Origin: Chlorokybus atmophyticus
Taxonomy: Eukaryota > Plantae > Mesostigma and Chlorokybus algae
NCBI GenBank assembly: GCA_009103225.1
Contig: RHPI01001168.1
Span: forward strand, 125,337-189,336
Direction of reading: 5' to 3'
Length of the DNA stretch: 64,000 bases
Part shown: positions 27,067 to 40,472 of the stretch, in pieces
Position numbering within the stretch: the first letter of the stretch is position 1
Layout: each line of letters begins with the position of its first letter
Notes under the pieces: model-generated
The model's database searches: none
What the model was told of the DNA's origin: nothing
What the model saw: the letters and a program-made list of their open reading frames with translations, nothing else
Position numbers and translations under genes: made by a program

Positions 27067-30000
27067 ATGGGTGGCTTCGGGCGCTTGGTTCGCTTCGGCA
27101 CAGACGTGGCAGAAGACTTTCTGAACCTGTTCACAGGCGGGGCAGAGGTTACAAAAGCCAACAAGTACTTGCATGGCGGCCGGCAGCCTGTTCTCGATGA
27201 GCTGTTCGTGGAGGTGCTTGTGTGCCTTTAAACTTGTGTCGTATGTTGATGGATTTTCATTGCAATCGCAATGTGGCAATTGAACTTGAGTTGTATTGTC
27301 GGACAGAATCTTGAAGTAGTCGGCAAGCTGCCTGCGGAGCTGAATGGCGAGTTTGTGCGCAATGGGCCCAACCCAAAGCTCCCTCCTCGTCACGGCTACC
27401 ACGCGTACGTGGAGAGTGTTTCGTGTTGTTGATCATGCATGTGCACGCATGCTCGCACATTTATTACTGCATGCGCACTAGTGTGTGCGCGTGTACACAC
27501 ACATAAGCTTTTGCAAGCACATGCGCGCATGAGCATGTGTGCGCGACAGAAACGCACGCATGCACACGCACTGGTGCAATGCTTGCAAATGTACAACGAT
27601 GAGGCAAGTATATGTGCGTGCTCATGTATACACACATACCCAACTTACACATCCTGATAGTGGCCTTGCCGCTCTGAACGCTGCGTGTGGTATGCAGGTT
27701 TGACGGCGATGGCATGTTGCACGGCGTGCGCATCAAGGATGGCAAAGCCACTTACATCAATCGCTTCGTTCGCACTGCCCGCCTCGCTCAGGTAAGGGCC
27801 AGAGCCATTACGAACAATCTCATCAACCATACTACTGCTGTTGTGTGTTCCCACTCACACTCAATGTGACATCTTTCAGGAGGAAGCGCACGGCCGTCCA
27901 ATCTTCATCAAGATGGGTGACGTGGTCGGCTTCATCGGGTTGTTGAAGCTGCTGCTCTGGAAGTTAAGAGTCCTGCTTGGCGCAGTTGACGTCACCGACG
28001 GCTATGGCACAGGTCAGGTGGTGTTTGTTACTGTAGCAATGTTGTTGTGGCACGCAGATGCACTTGCGTCCGAGTACAAGGACATGCGTATGCAAGTGCT
28101 CATACGCACACGTATATGGACGTGTGCTCGCCCATCAGCGTGTGTGCATGCACCCACATGCGGGTGGCCAGGCTTAGCCATTGCGCTTCAAGCAGCATCT
28201 CATTGTTTTGGACTTCAAGTCATGACCACACAATTGGAGAGGTTCAGCACCATGCTCTGAGATGAACCTGTATGCATTGCAGCCAACACGGCCTTGGTGT
28301 ATCACGACGGCCAGTTGCTGGCGCTGCAGGAAACGGACCATCCTTATGCCATCAAAGTGCTGATGGATGGACAGGTACAGTTTATGTGTGTGTGTAGTGC
28401 ACGTGTGTCATACACTCAACCGTCCCTGTGTTGAGCAAGTGTATATCTCACCGCTCTTGTTTGCCCCTTGTAGCTGGAGACACTTGGCGTGCAGCATTAT
28501 GATGGGCGGTTGAAGCATCCGTTCTCTGCGCACCCCAAAGTGGATGCAAAGACAGGTTGGCTGTCAACAGACATCTGTCACTTACTGTTGTTGGTGTCAC
28601 TCGTTTGCATCCCTTATATGCATGCGCATGCACGCGCGTACACACACAGGCGCGCGCCCACCCACTCGTCCAACTGCCACACGCGAACACAAACGTGCGT
28701 GTATATGCGCATACACACGCATATCACTTGCAGGTGAGATGTTGATATTCGGGTACAGCGTGGAGCAGAAGCCGCACTGCCACTTCAGCGTCGTCGATGA
28801 GAAGGGCAAGCTGGTTAGAACAGTGGCGATCAACACTCCTGACCCTGTCATGATGCACGATTTCGCCATCACTGAGCGCTACGCTGTATTTATCGACGTG
28901 CCACTCATATTCAGACCCAAGGTACGGGACACATTTGGCATGCAGAAGCACGTCACCGGCAATGTTGCTGCATAGAGCCGAAAGACACGCACATGCACAC
29001 ATGCGTACACAAGGCTAACAGCACTTGATGTGGTGTGCAGGAGGTAATGAAAGGCCATGTCCCGTTTGTCTTTGACGACAAGCGGTCTTCCCGCTTTGGT
29101 GTGCTGCCACGAGACGCCGAGTCAGAGGCTGAGTGCAAGTGGTTTGAGCTACCATCCTGCATGATATTCCATACAGGTAAGGCCAACACCTGCTACATCA
29201 CTTACACGCATGCACACTCCTCGTCAAATATCAACAAAACTGGCTACACGCAGTGAACGCATGGGAGGAAGGTGATGTGGTGAAGATGTACGCGTGTCGC
29301 ATGGACAACTTGGTGCTGGGCGGGACGGAGGCACAGAAAACCATACCCAGCAGCCCTTTGCTGTGAGCCTCTCAAACACCACATAGAGCCACGGATTCTT
29401 GTGTTTTGCAATGCGTGCATTCTGTGTTTAATCTTTGCTATTGACAGGACGGAGTTTTCATTCAACATGAAGACTGGCGCCGCCAACATGAAGCTGCTGT
29501 CCAATGTGGCTGTGGATTTCCCTCGCTGTCGGGAGACACTCATTGGCTAGTAAGTGTGCACACTCAGTTGTTGGTGACCGCAAGGAAACACTTGCGCCAT
29601 ACATGACCTGTCTTGCGTGGACAGCCAGAATCAGTATGCGTACTGCGCCGTGTTTAGCAACTTTGAGGCCAACGATCCGATTGCCTCGGGCTTGATGAAA
29701 TATGACTTGAGTAAAGCCGGCGCTGGTCTTGTAGAGGTATACCCAAGTATGGATGTTTATCGTAAATTGTGTGGTGTTGACCATAGATGTGCATGCACTC
29801 GCACGCACGCACACATCCATGCATACACGTGCGCTCACAATTTTACAGGGTCTGTGTGTTCTGTGCGCGTGCGTATGCATGTGTGCGCGCGCACATAGGA
29901 CGCTTGCATGCTCAACAATCACTGTTACAGGCTGGCCGCATAGACTATGCAGTTGGGTGCAGCGGAGGTGAGCCCGTATTTGTGCCACGCGACGAGCAGG

Positions 30001-30300
30001 CCGCGGGCGAGAACAGTAAGATTGGTCTACAGTCATATGCTCTTTGCCTTGCATGTAGTTGTGTGCCGTGTTGCTGTCCGTCTCATCCTATTGTTACTGT
30101 TCACAGGTGAAGACGATGGCTGGCTCTTGACCTTCGTCCAGGACTTTACGAGTGACAAGTCCTACTTGTGCGTGTACGACGCAAAGACGATGTCCAGCGA
30201 GCCTGTAGCTAAAGTGGTTATCCCGCGCCAGGTCCCCAGTGGGTTTCATGCCATATTCGTCAGCGAAGCGCAGCTGCAGGCTCAGAAGTACAACAGATGA
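27067..30300 (+). CDS. CCD1: Carotenoid cleavage dioxygenase, CCD1-like (RPE65 family), multi-exon
   Basis: [13 protein letters not shown]; [19 protein letters not shown]; ANTALVYH; FSAHPKVD; MMHDFAIT; IFHTVNAWEE; GGEPVFVP; EDDGWLL; VPSGFHAIF. All four Fe-binding His present; junctions checked are in phase. Confidence 0.92.
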
Positions 30301-31120
30301 CAAGCAGTGATACACCGGCGAACATCAACAGTTGAATAAGCTCATCGCATACATGTCTCAGGCCTTGCAATGACACGATAAATACAGCCTCCTTTGGAGG
30401 TTGCTGTGCAACATGGCGTATTGTACCTGTCCTTATATTCGGGTGGTTGTTTGTATCATCTGGGCGTGAGCAACTATGTTCTACATTAACACATTGCCCC
30501 ATCAGCAACAAGAAACCCCACCTTCATCAACCCTAGCATTCGCTGGCAATTCTCATATTCAGCACACGATAAGTGTATTGCTGTCGGATACTGCAAGGGT
30601 ACAGAAGCTGTAAAATTGGCGCACAGCTCGCAGAAAACCGTACGTCATGCAGTGTCCAGACTTTGCATGGCTGACCCATGTGCATACTGCACAAGCAAGA
30701 TGCGACATTGCAAACAGAGTCATGCCTTGCCTGCGGCACTTGCGACTGCGGCTGTGGGCGGACGTGAAGCAGGCCGTGGGTTGTGAGCCAGGCATTGTGA
30801 CAACATTCTGATAGTCACCGAGACGCATGCGTGCAGTGTTGTGCGCATGCATGTTGCTGCGAGTAGCATCAACAATGCAGCAACAACTCAGATGCATGTT
30901 GACTTTGCTTATTTCCATTTCCACCTCACCACTTGGAACCAGTCAGAACTACACTGGCTCAAGCGTGAGCGAGTTTTTGTTACAGTCTACACAATCCATT
31001 TCACCGGTGAACACTTGCTTGACCAGTGACGGTGCAGCACAGCAGTAATTCCAGCTAGTGGGCTCCAACTACATCAGTGGCTCCACCTTAATCACCTTCT
31101 TCTCGCCGCTTGTATGGCAC

Positions 31121-32483
31121 CTAAGCACTGTAGTCCGGCTGCTTCTCAGGGTGTGCAGATTGGAAAGCAGGCAGCTGCAAGCACTCTGCCTCGATGGCTT
31201 TGAGATTCGGGAACTGGGACGTGTCGACTCCCCGCTTAACAGAACCATACAGCTGAGGGATGAGAACCACATCGGCCAACGTAACCTGATCACCGACACA
31301 GTACCGCCCTTTGGTCAACTGCACGGCCTTCTCCAACGCTGCCAACACACAGCGCACACCACTCAGTTAGAAATGTACTGCGCGCAGCACATGGGTATGC
31401 GCATACTCGCACAAAAATCATGCACGTCGTCTTCAATGAGAATGAGACTGCTCACCCGATAGACCACGTCCGATGAAGTGCAGGTTCCATTCCTTCTTCG
31501 CCTCCAGACCAAGCTTTTCTTGAATGTACCTCTGCGGCGCCCGAGAGTTGGCGTGCAGCGTGCAAGCGGGGATTTGTTTGCACCTAGTGTCTTACCGTTG
31601 GTGCCAGGTTCTGCAATGGTTGAATGCCAGCGTTCACCATCTCCACCAGCTGGCAAGCACACCGTTAGGCAGTTTACAGGGGGCCTATGCGAAAATAACT
31701 TGCTGCTGCTGTCATGGGCTGGCAAATACACAGCGTTGACCTACCCGTCGCACTTGAGCTCGCTGCACTGCCTGGTTTGGGAGAAGTGGTGATACTTCAG
31801 GCCGCGCCTCCTCCAAATACTGGCAAGGAAAAGCTGCGTTATTGCATTTTGTCTATTGCTTTGCTCAAGGACCTTCACAGTTGATGGTGTACCTATAGCA
31901 ACAACACCATGCCATACCTCCATGATAGCAACTGATTCTGTAAGAACGGCGTCATCGATTACAAGGCATGGGACTTGGCTGATGGGATTGATGGCGATAA
32001 ACTCTGCACACGGTTGAAACGTCAGTTGTTAGTCACCACACTCATGCACATAGGTTTGCACGCACATCACAATGTGCTTGGTACCTTCACTGAACTGTTC
32101 CGATTTGTTTTCACTGGTTCCCTTTGCAATGTCAATTGGCACATAATCGTACTCAATGCCTGAGTGCATACAATTGTTACTGATTGGCGCCTCTGCAATG
32201 CAATAAGCACTGGCAGCATACGATGCGGTTGCGTGTCGTCCAATCAGTTAAGCAACATGCGCATATGCAAAGGAGCAAACCTTTCAATGCAAGAGCAATC
32301 CGTACTCGGTATGAAGACGAGCTGCCGTGATAGCTGTAGAGCTTCGGTCTGCCTGTGGCCTGGCAGGTAAGCGTTGCATGAGCGTTGCTGTTTGCAAAAT
32401 ATGTGTGTGTGACTGCAGCTTGATGCAGCGCCGATTGATATCAAGTACTATGAAGTACTATCAAAGAACTTTACCTGTGCCAT
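31121..32483 (-). CDS. GSTZ1: Glutathione S-transferase zeta / maleylacetoacetate isomerase
   Basis: MAQ|ATGRPKLYSYHGSSSSYRVRIALALK|GIEYDYV..; INPISQVPCL..LTESVAIME; YLEEARP; NAGIQPLQNL; YCVGDQVTLADVVLIPQ; AHPEKQPD. Confidence 0.93.
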
Positions 32484-33513
32484 AATCACGGTCGTAGGTA
32501 CTGTGCACGTTAATCGCCCCTAGGGTACAATCAACATACGATATGATCAGGTCGTCACTCTCCCATGCAACCTTCAAAGCAACACTGAATCCTCTCTATG
32601 TCTACGTCCTTGTCCGTATCTTCGCGCAGCTTTTTAACTCTTGGTGCACACTAAATGCTTAACAATGAGATGCTTTGGCACCTGAGCGATACATTTGGTT
32701 GCCAAGCGTTCCAAGTGCAACAAGAACCACAAAAGCTGCACAAAGACATGGACAAGGACATACAAAGGTGACAAGGCGACAGGACAATGTGAAGAGTTTG
32801 GACATAACTATGGTAAAAGAAAACACTGTCTGTTTCCGGATTTGTGAGGATGCAAGCATTTCTAAAGACAACACACATAAGAGATTGGCCGCGTAAGATG
32901 AATAACCGTGGACGTCACGTCACTTCCAAACGCTGACGAGATGTTAACGTGTTGAACATGGTTGGCTATTTTGTGAAGGGGTCCGAGCTTTGCTTGATCT
33001 CAATATGATCATCATGTACTTGGTAATGTAGTCGCGACGAGCCTCCATGCAAACTTAGAGCACACAGTACATCCTACACTGCATGCAATCCTAACCTCAC
33101 ATGGAATGTTACTGCCAATAAGTGTTATGTGACGGTTGACGACATTGACAACGTCTACAACGCAGCGCGCACAGTGCCTACGAGCCTCAAGCGACATGCA
33201 TGCTTTATTGCTGATGGCTTGGCGATGCTTTGCTAACAAATGCACTGAATTGGTTGGCATGGTAGTAATGACACTTGCGAAAAGTAGCAAGGTGTTACAT
33301 GTTACGCACCGTTGCTGAAATTGTCAAAGTATTAGCAAAAGTCGGGGCTACTGTGCATCAAGCAAGCAGTAGATGTGCTATCTGGTCTGATTTATCTGCG
33401 CTGAGAGATTTCCAACAATTAAGTAGCGTTTTGCGCGCACATGCTGCAGCTTGCATGCATGCAAGCATGCACGCACTTCGCTTCTGCTACAGGTATTGCC
33501 AGCAACGGAACTC

Positions 33514-36500
33514 ATGCCACATACCGGCGATCGCTGCTGCTGTCTGGCACGCCAAGTAGTTTCCCCAAGCTTCAAAGGCAGTAACAACACGCCGCCCGCT
33601 GGCGAAGCCGCCGCCGCCGTGACTGCCACCCACATGGACAACAATGTCCGGACGTCCACTGACGCAAAACCCAACCCGTGGCTAACTAACTCCGCTGTGG
33701 TTAGCTTATCACCAGATTTCGACAGATGTTTGATTCAAGCTCACAGACCCCGCTTTAAACAGGTAGATTTCCATGTAAGGTCGGGATATACAGTGTGCTC
33801 GGTAAGAATTGAAGCATCACTAACGGAGCCAAGTAAGCATGATCGTGCTCGCTATTGTGTGCAGCGCAGATCTGAACTCCTACGTGGCAGCTTCAAACGA
33901 CGGTGGCGGCGGCAGTGGTGTGGTCATAGTGGGTGTTGACGCTCTTAACGTGTCGGTGTGAAGTGGTGAAGCACTGCCTCAAAAGCAATCTGTCATTGCC
34001 CTTTTCAGGCAGCTGTGACAGTGGGCAACTGTCCAGTAGTGGGCCATGCAGCCAGTTGCAGTGGTCTGTGGCTGTGCTTACTTGTAGACCCAGACTGCAT
34101 AGTCTAGCTGGTGAAGAGGGTCGTGGTTGCTGTTTGGTGCTGCCATGCTGGACCTGCCTTGCGGCGTCTGCTCGCAGCATAGGGTCGGCCTTACACTGCA
34201 ACTGGCTGCGACAGAACCCGGGTTGGGTGCAGCTTCACGGTAGGTGTCCGTTACTTAATGCTGACAAACGTGTCTGAGAACGGTTGTATGGCATAACTCG
34301 TTGGATTTAGTCGTAAACAATGGTCGTACCTTCCTACTGTGTATACCTTGCACATTCATTATATGATGGGCAATCGCAGTTAGCATGCATGTGATGCACA
34401 TGCATGCGCACTTGGCTGTAGAACGCCTGCCGATGCAGTGTCTGCCAATTGTGGTGGCACATACACGTGCATATGCTGCCACTAGTCAACTGCACGCTGC
34501 ACTGAACTTGCTGATAGAACTCGATATCTGCACGATGCTGATTGAACAATCATGGTAGAAACATTGTCGGCTCACCTGCGACGTACAGTTGAACACAACG
34601 CTTATACTTGGGACACACATTATGGACAACATAGTGGAACTTGCACATCTGGCGATCACAGCTGTTACTGTTGTTGTTGGTATGCAGACTGGTTGGACAC
34701 TTGCATCATGCGAATGCACGTAGAAGTGTGAAATAAAACACTTCTACGTGCATTGGCATGATGTCCAACCAGTCTGCTATGTACCCGGCTCAGCAGTTAC
34801 TCATTGTGTACCACATCACAGTTCATCGCGTCATGGGTACGGATGTAGTACCTCCAGGTCACACCAGAGAGAGGGGCTCAGCTTCCAGCCGCCATCACAT
34901 AAAGGCAGCAGGTTACGAGCGCCATGTAGGAAACCCGATCATGCAAAGCTACGATGGAGGTTGCAAGTAGCCAAGCAGGATGAGTCACTCACCACCGCTT
35001 TTGCAACAAGGTTCAAGTCGCTTCTGTTGCAAGACCCTCCGAAGCACGCGTCGCCAGAAAAGCACAATGCACCGCCCGCAGACAAGACACCTCCCAAAGA
35101 CAGGTTTGGTTGAGCAACGGTTACTGCCATATTTTAAGGCTCTGAGGCCATGCAGCACTGGGAGGAGTGAGAAGTCGGTGTTCAACTTGATCTCTAATGT
35201 AATGCAGGAGTATGCGTATACGAGTGGCATCTGAGAGGCACATAGCAACTGAGAAGGAAGAGCTCGCAGCTGTCCTGTTGAATCGTCTTCCAAGCAAAGA
35301 GGCGCGCAAGGACTTTCTCATGTTGTGCTCGTACGTGCGCTGTTTCTAGACTGCGCTTGGCTGACTGCTTGCAAGAAGTGATTGGCAGCAACTGACTAAG
35401 CATGTGGCAGGTCAGTGGAGTCCATCTTGCATGAAGAGCACCGCTCCATATTGGAGTGGCTGATGATGCAGCTCTCTCGGCACAGCACTGACAGGTCCGC
35501 AGCTGCCGGCATCCTGAACAGAGTACGGCCGCAAGAGCTGTGCGAAGATGGCCTTGAGTACGAGGATGAGTTGGGAGGTGACGTCAATGGGGCTGTAACT
35601 CCAGCTGAGCTCGTCAATGCAGTCACGGAAACTGCGCAGAAGCTGTTCAGTGAATTGAGTGGAGAAAATGGCAGCGAATCACAGACTGATGGCGTCACCA
35701 AAGATGCCAAGAACAACACATCTGAAAGGTACATAGTCAGTGTTTTGTGGTTATACCTCGCTTGAGTCAACGTTCCTGACGAGCTAAACGTTCATGGCCA
35801 GTGATGCAGCAGACGATTTGGAGGCTGCCTTTGTGCAACTGTTGACTCGAGCCAAGTACTTGCCACTGTCGCCAAGAGATCTCGATGTGGCAGCAGCATT
35901 GAATGAGGACTACCTGCTGACCTTACCTGTTGAGATTGATCAACGAGGGTCGTCCTCCAACGTGCTAATCTACCGGTATGGTACACCAGCATGTACGCAG
36001 TTGACATTGAGCCTTTGGCTTGGTACATGCCCAGGCCTTTTCACGAATAGACACTGCAAACCGTGGTTGAAGCGTACGAGTCCACTCCTGTCCTGATTTT
36101 TGTTTGTGTCCTGCAGGCGTGGCTACTCAGCGGTTTATGATGGAGGACGGTTGCTGGGCCAAAAGTTGGATCACCTGCAAGCCGCAGGAGTGCGGTTGTT
36201 GTTCAACGTAGTGGCGTTCCCGGTTTACAGTGTCGGGCGCTGGTTGGTAGACACATGGCGCATCGCCAAAAAGACCGGAGAGCTATGGGGCTGGGCACGC
36301 GGGCTTGAAGCCTGGCTGGACAGGAATGTCTCCAGCAATGTGACAGACGAAGCCTATGATCCGCTGAAGCCAAGATACCTTGCTAGCTTGTCCTCTGCTG
36401 GTGAGCTTATGGCAGTATAGGTTCATGAACTCTTATGTGGTTGCATTAGCTCCGGCTAAAGTAAAGGTATCCAAAGGTATGCAAGTGAAGGTATGTTGTG

Positions 36501-37867
36501 CAGGCACACGAGGTAGGTGGCTTCGGCGCTTAATGATCAACATCGGGTTGCTGCCGGAACCGCGAGGGGGGGAGGTTTCGGCCATCGCCGAAGCGTACTC
36601 TGACCCTGCTGCGCGTGCGAGGCCGCAGTATGTGCAACGCATCTCGCTGCGGGAGCTGTTTGAGCGCGTGTGCGAGAAGGACGATCGCTCTTTCTTTACA
36701 CGCCTTCGGCAAGGACTGGAATGCTTCTGGCAGGAGACGCGGCTTGAAGAACCTGCCTTCAAAGAAGTTGTTGTGATGTATCGTAAAGGCACCGCACAGG
36801 ATCAGAGCAACCTCAGCCAGCATCCGGACTACTCGGGCGTGTCCAACTTCTACGTGATGGCGTACAAGGACATCCCCATGGCGGATTTGAAGGTTGTCTT
36901 TCCGGACAACAGATTGCGCTTCAGGATTGCAGATGTCATAAGGGTGGACCTGTCCGTAGCGGCCGGTCTGTTCCTGGCAGCATACCCATTCCGGTTCCGC
37001 AATCCGGACTCCCTGCAAGCCCTCGCGCTCGATATCGCCGCCATCTCCACTGTTGTCCTGTGGGGCGGACGAGCGCTGCTGGAGTTCAAACGCTCATGGG
37101 ACAGGTAATACTGGCATCTCATCAGCCAGTAATTACACACCGAACAGTTGTAGTAATCTTGCACAAGGCAGCACTGTCACCTTTGTTGGCATCAATGAGG
37201 CTGAATGCCGCACTGACTTGCAACTTACATGTCACAGTCATAGTGTAAGTGTTGAAACTTTGATGTCGCTCGTATTATTGGATGCATGCATATCAAAGAA
37301 AACAGAACGATGATTCTGTGGGACGACACTGAGTGCGGGAGATCTTCATGCGTGTTTTATGAAGTGGTGCCAAGTTGGAACGTTGGCTATCTTGGTGTCC
37401 TGAGCATACACACCGTTCGCAGGTACCAGTTGTTCAACAACAGGACGCTGTACGAGAAGACCGTGGCTAGCAGTTTTGGCGTGGTTCACGTGCTGGTGGA
37501 CGCTTCAGAAGACCAGCAATTCAAGCTGGTGGTGACTGCGTACTGCATGCTGCTTCAGGCCGAGCACGCGTTGTCCGCGCAGGAGCTCGCGTGGCGATGC
37601 GAAACCTTTCTTGCAGAGGCCTTCCTGGAGAATGTCACATTCACCGAATGCGAACCGGTGGAGGCTTTGCTCAGGCTGGGCCTGGCGGAGCTTGTTCCTG
37701 TTGTGAATGGTGATGCCAATGGTGTTGATGAGTACACGCACATCCCGGAATGGGAGAAGAAGTATCGCGCACTGCCGCTGGCGCGGGCGCGCACTCAGCT
37801 GCAATCGCATTGGATGCGGCTGCTGCAGATGCCAACGCTCGAGCTGGCGTCCTTGCACAAGCAATAA
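33514..37867 (+). CDS. DUF3754 / TMEM143-like membrane protein (plant long-form type); 5' extent uncertain
   Basis: ESILHEEHRSILE; LSPRDLDVAAALNEDYLLTLPV; RRGY..KLDHLQ; LEEPAFKEVVVMYR; YKDIPMADLKVVFPD; YQLFNNRTLYEKT. The conserved part is ~35220-37867. Confidence 0.8.
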
Positions 37868-38418
37868 TGACGGGAAGCATTCGTGGTGTACAGAGGTTGG
37901 GTGGGTGGATATGTGGTTTGCATTGTTTGGTTGGAGTGCACGAGTTGTACAGACATTGATAGATAGCGCTGAACATGCTTGTAGCAGTAATTGCCCACGC
38001 GTACATTGCAGCGCCAATAACTTATTTCACTGGATGTCTCCTGCTGCTTGAGTATGTTTGGCTGTTTTGTTTTGGGGGCATAATCTGAAAGCACGTCGGA
38101 AGCCAAATGCTTGACAAACAGCTATGAGCATGATTGGTTGATGTACACAGTGTCATGGAATTTCACCCAATGTAATGTTATGGCATTGGGCGCCTCGTAC
38201 CTTATCAATTCTAAGGTACGACATACATGCAATTGTCTGGCTGCGGTGTCTGTTACCGTGCCTACCCCCACACGCACTACATGCGACGCGAGCACCACTG
38301 TGTGGCGCTCCCAGCAGCACCACGCCCCCCTCCTCCACCGTTGTCAGCAATGCCGCATGCCGGGGTCCACGTACAATCATACTATACACCCTGACCGCGC
38401 GCTCTCAGTACTTGTACG

Positions 38419-39480
38419 CTATCCCCAAGCAGGAGTACAGGCGTAGTTCAACTTGAGCTCTCCGTTCTGACCAAAGTTCTGCGTGCCAACGGTTGGAGTC
38501 AAAACTACACATCAAGTAAAGCAAACGACCGCGCGCGAGCAAGTAGCGTGCGCATGTGTGCGCATGCACACACAGACACGTGAGCCTCACCAGAAACAGT
38601 TCCTGCACGAGCGCATCAGGGCTGGGTGAAAACGCCATGTTGCAATATATGAACTGCCAGAAAGCAAGCAACATCATCAGTTCTCCTGCATAAACATTAG
38701 TGCATTGCAGTATTGCTACTCTACAAGCTGTATAACATGAACAATACCAATAGCAAACGTGCTAACTCGTGAAATGTTGCACCAACACTATGCCTGCAGC
38801 TGTGTGATGTTGGCCTAACTGTGAGTTGCATGTAATGATGCGCGTCTGAGCAAGGACAAATGACTTGTGTTCACATGACAGCATAGATACAGCTGAAACT
38901 GCGTTACAATCAAGAACATGTACCACTGTGTTGTTCACGACACAACATACCGACAAGTAACATGACTGACCACGTTGTCTCGATGCAGCTGCCTCCTGAG
39001 GAAATCCTGAACCTTGCCCAGACGGTCCTCCGCGGAGACCTTGAACTTGGACTGCTTCAGGATCGGTGCGTCGCCCGTTGCATTCAGATGCACAGTCACT
39101 GCGACATACATAGTTGTATCACGTTTCCTATGTTGTCTGTTTGTTTTAAGCCTACAATAATATGAGACAGCATGCATGGTGATGGCACACGCACGTGGTT
39201 ACCACGTTCTGACTTAATGCATGCACACAAGTCGTGTAAAACCAAGCAATTGTTCGAGAAACCAAGGTGGTGCCATTTTTCCAGATTTTATGCGCAAACT
39301 TTGACACGCAAGATTGGCTTCACAGTGTGCATAGGTAAGTCCTGCATGCACACCCTTGACCATATTGTGCCGACTCAGCGCTGTTCGTTTTCTTGCAACA
39401 ATCATCATTGCAGTATGCGAACCTTTACGGGTAGGCTGTGGACTTGGGGCAGTATCAGTAGGAGTAGCAGGGGCCGACAT
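38419..39480 (-). CDS. ATG12: Autophagy ubiquitin-like protein ATG12, 4 exons
   Basis: VHLNATGDAPILKQSKFKV..VQDFLRRQL; FIYCNMAFSPSPD; NFGQNGELKLNYACTPAWG*, ending in the conjugating Gly. Confidence 0.95.
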
Positions 39481-40472
39481 GACAGCATACTACCTCATGT
39501 ACGTGCGCCGCCGCCGCCGCTGATGACTATATCCATGCCGCCAACACTGCCAGCAACGATACTGTATAAGTTATTCCGAGCCCGAGAACCATGTTTATGA
39601 GAGACGTGCATTACCCCGGCGTCTGCAATCAGCCATGTATCTGATAACCCGTTATGCATGGAAGCACTTAGTATAGTAGTGCCCCGGGTGCAACGTATCT
39701 GTGTGTGCCGGCCTGTTTCTTCGCTTGCTTTACTCTTGTGGGATTTGTGAGCTTGTGTGAGCTTGTATGTGAACAAACTGCATGTATGAAAGATGACTTC
39801 TACCCTATGCATCGTTCGTTTTGCCGTGCTGACCTGCAGACATACACACAAGTCCCTGCTACAGACCATGAACAGAACTGCTATATTATCACCAGCTTTT
39901 GACTAGTTTGTAACCTTGCAGTGCGCATGTGCATGTATGCGTGGCTGCAAGGCACATGACAGCTCTGTATTATCATTAATACACAAGCGTTCGCTGTCAG
40001 CGCTGCCATACCATACCCAATTGCCATCATGCTCAACACACAACCCAACATGCACACCCCGTCATGCTGAGCAAGCGCGGCATCTGCAAGGTTGCGCGCA
40101 TGCGCGCTCGTATAGGTGTACAGGGATTAGTATGCATCTGTGTCTGTGCACGCGCATGCATGTGTAGGTTGGGAAGACACATTATCGTAGGCATGCACGG
40201 GCATGCCTACGATACAATTTCACAGCACACCCTAACCCCATGGTGTCTTAGGTAGTGTGAGTGTACAAAAGATGCAAGCTACATCACTTATGGTGTCTTA
40301 GGTATCGCACATGAGCATACAAACGCGCGCATTTCCAATCAATAAAACTCTGCGGTTTCACCAGCAACAACACTGCACATCAGATCGCACACACATACCC
40401 ATGTTACGAACTGGCACATACAACGTAAACACCAACGGTGTGTATCTACACTTAAGGATGTGTTGCTGCTCA

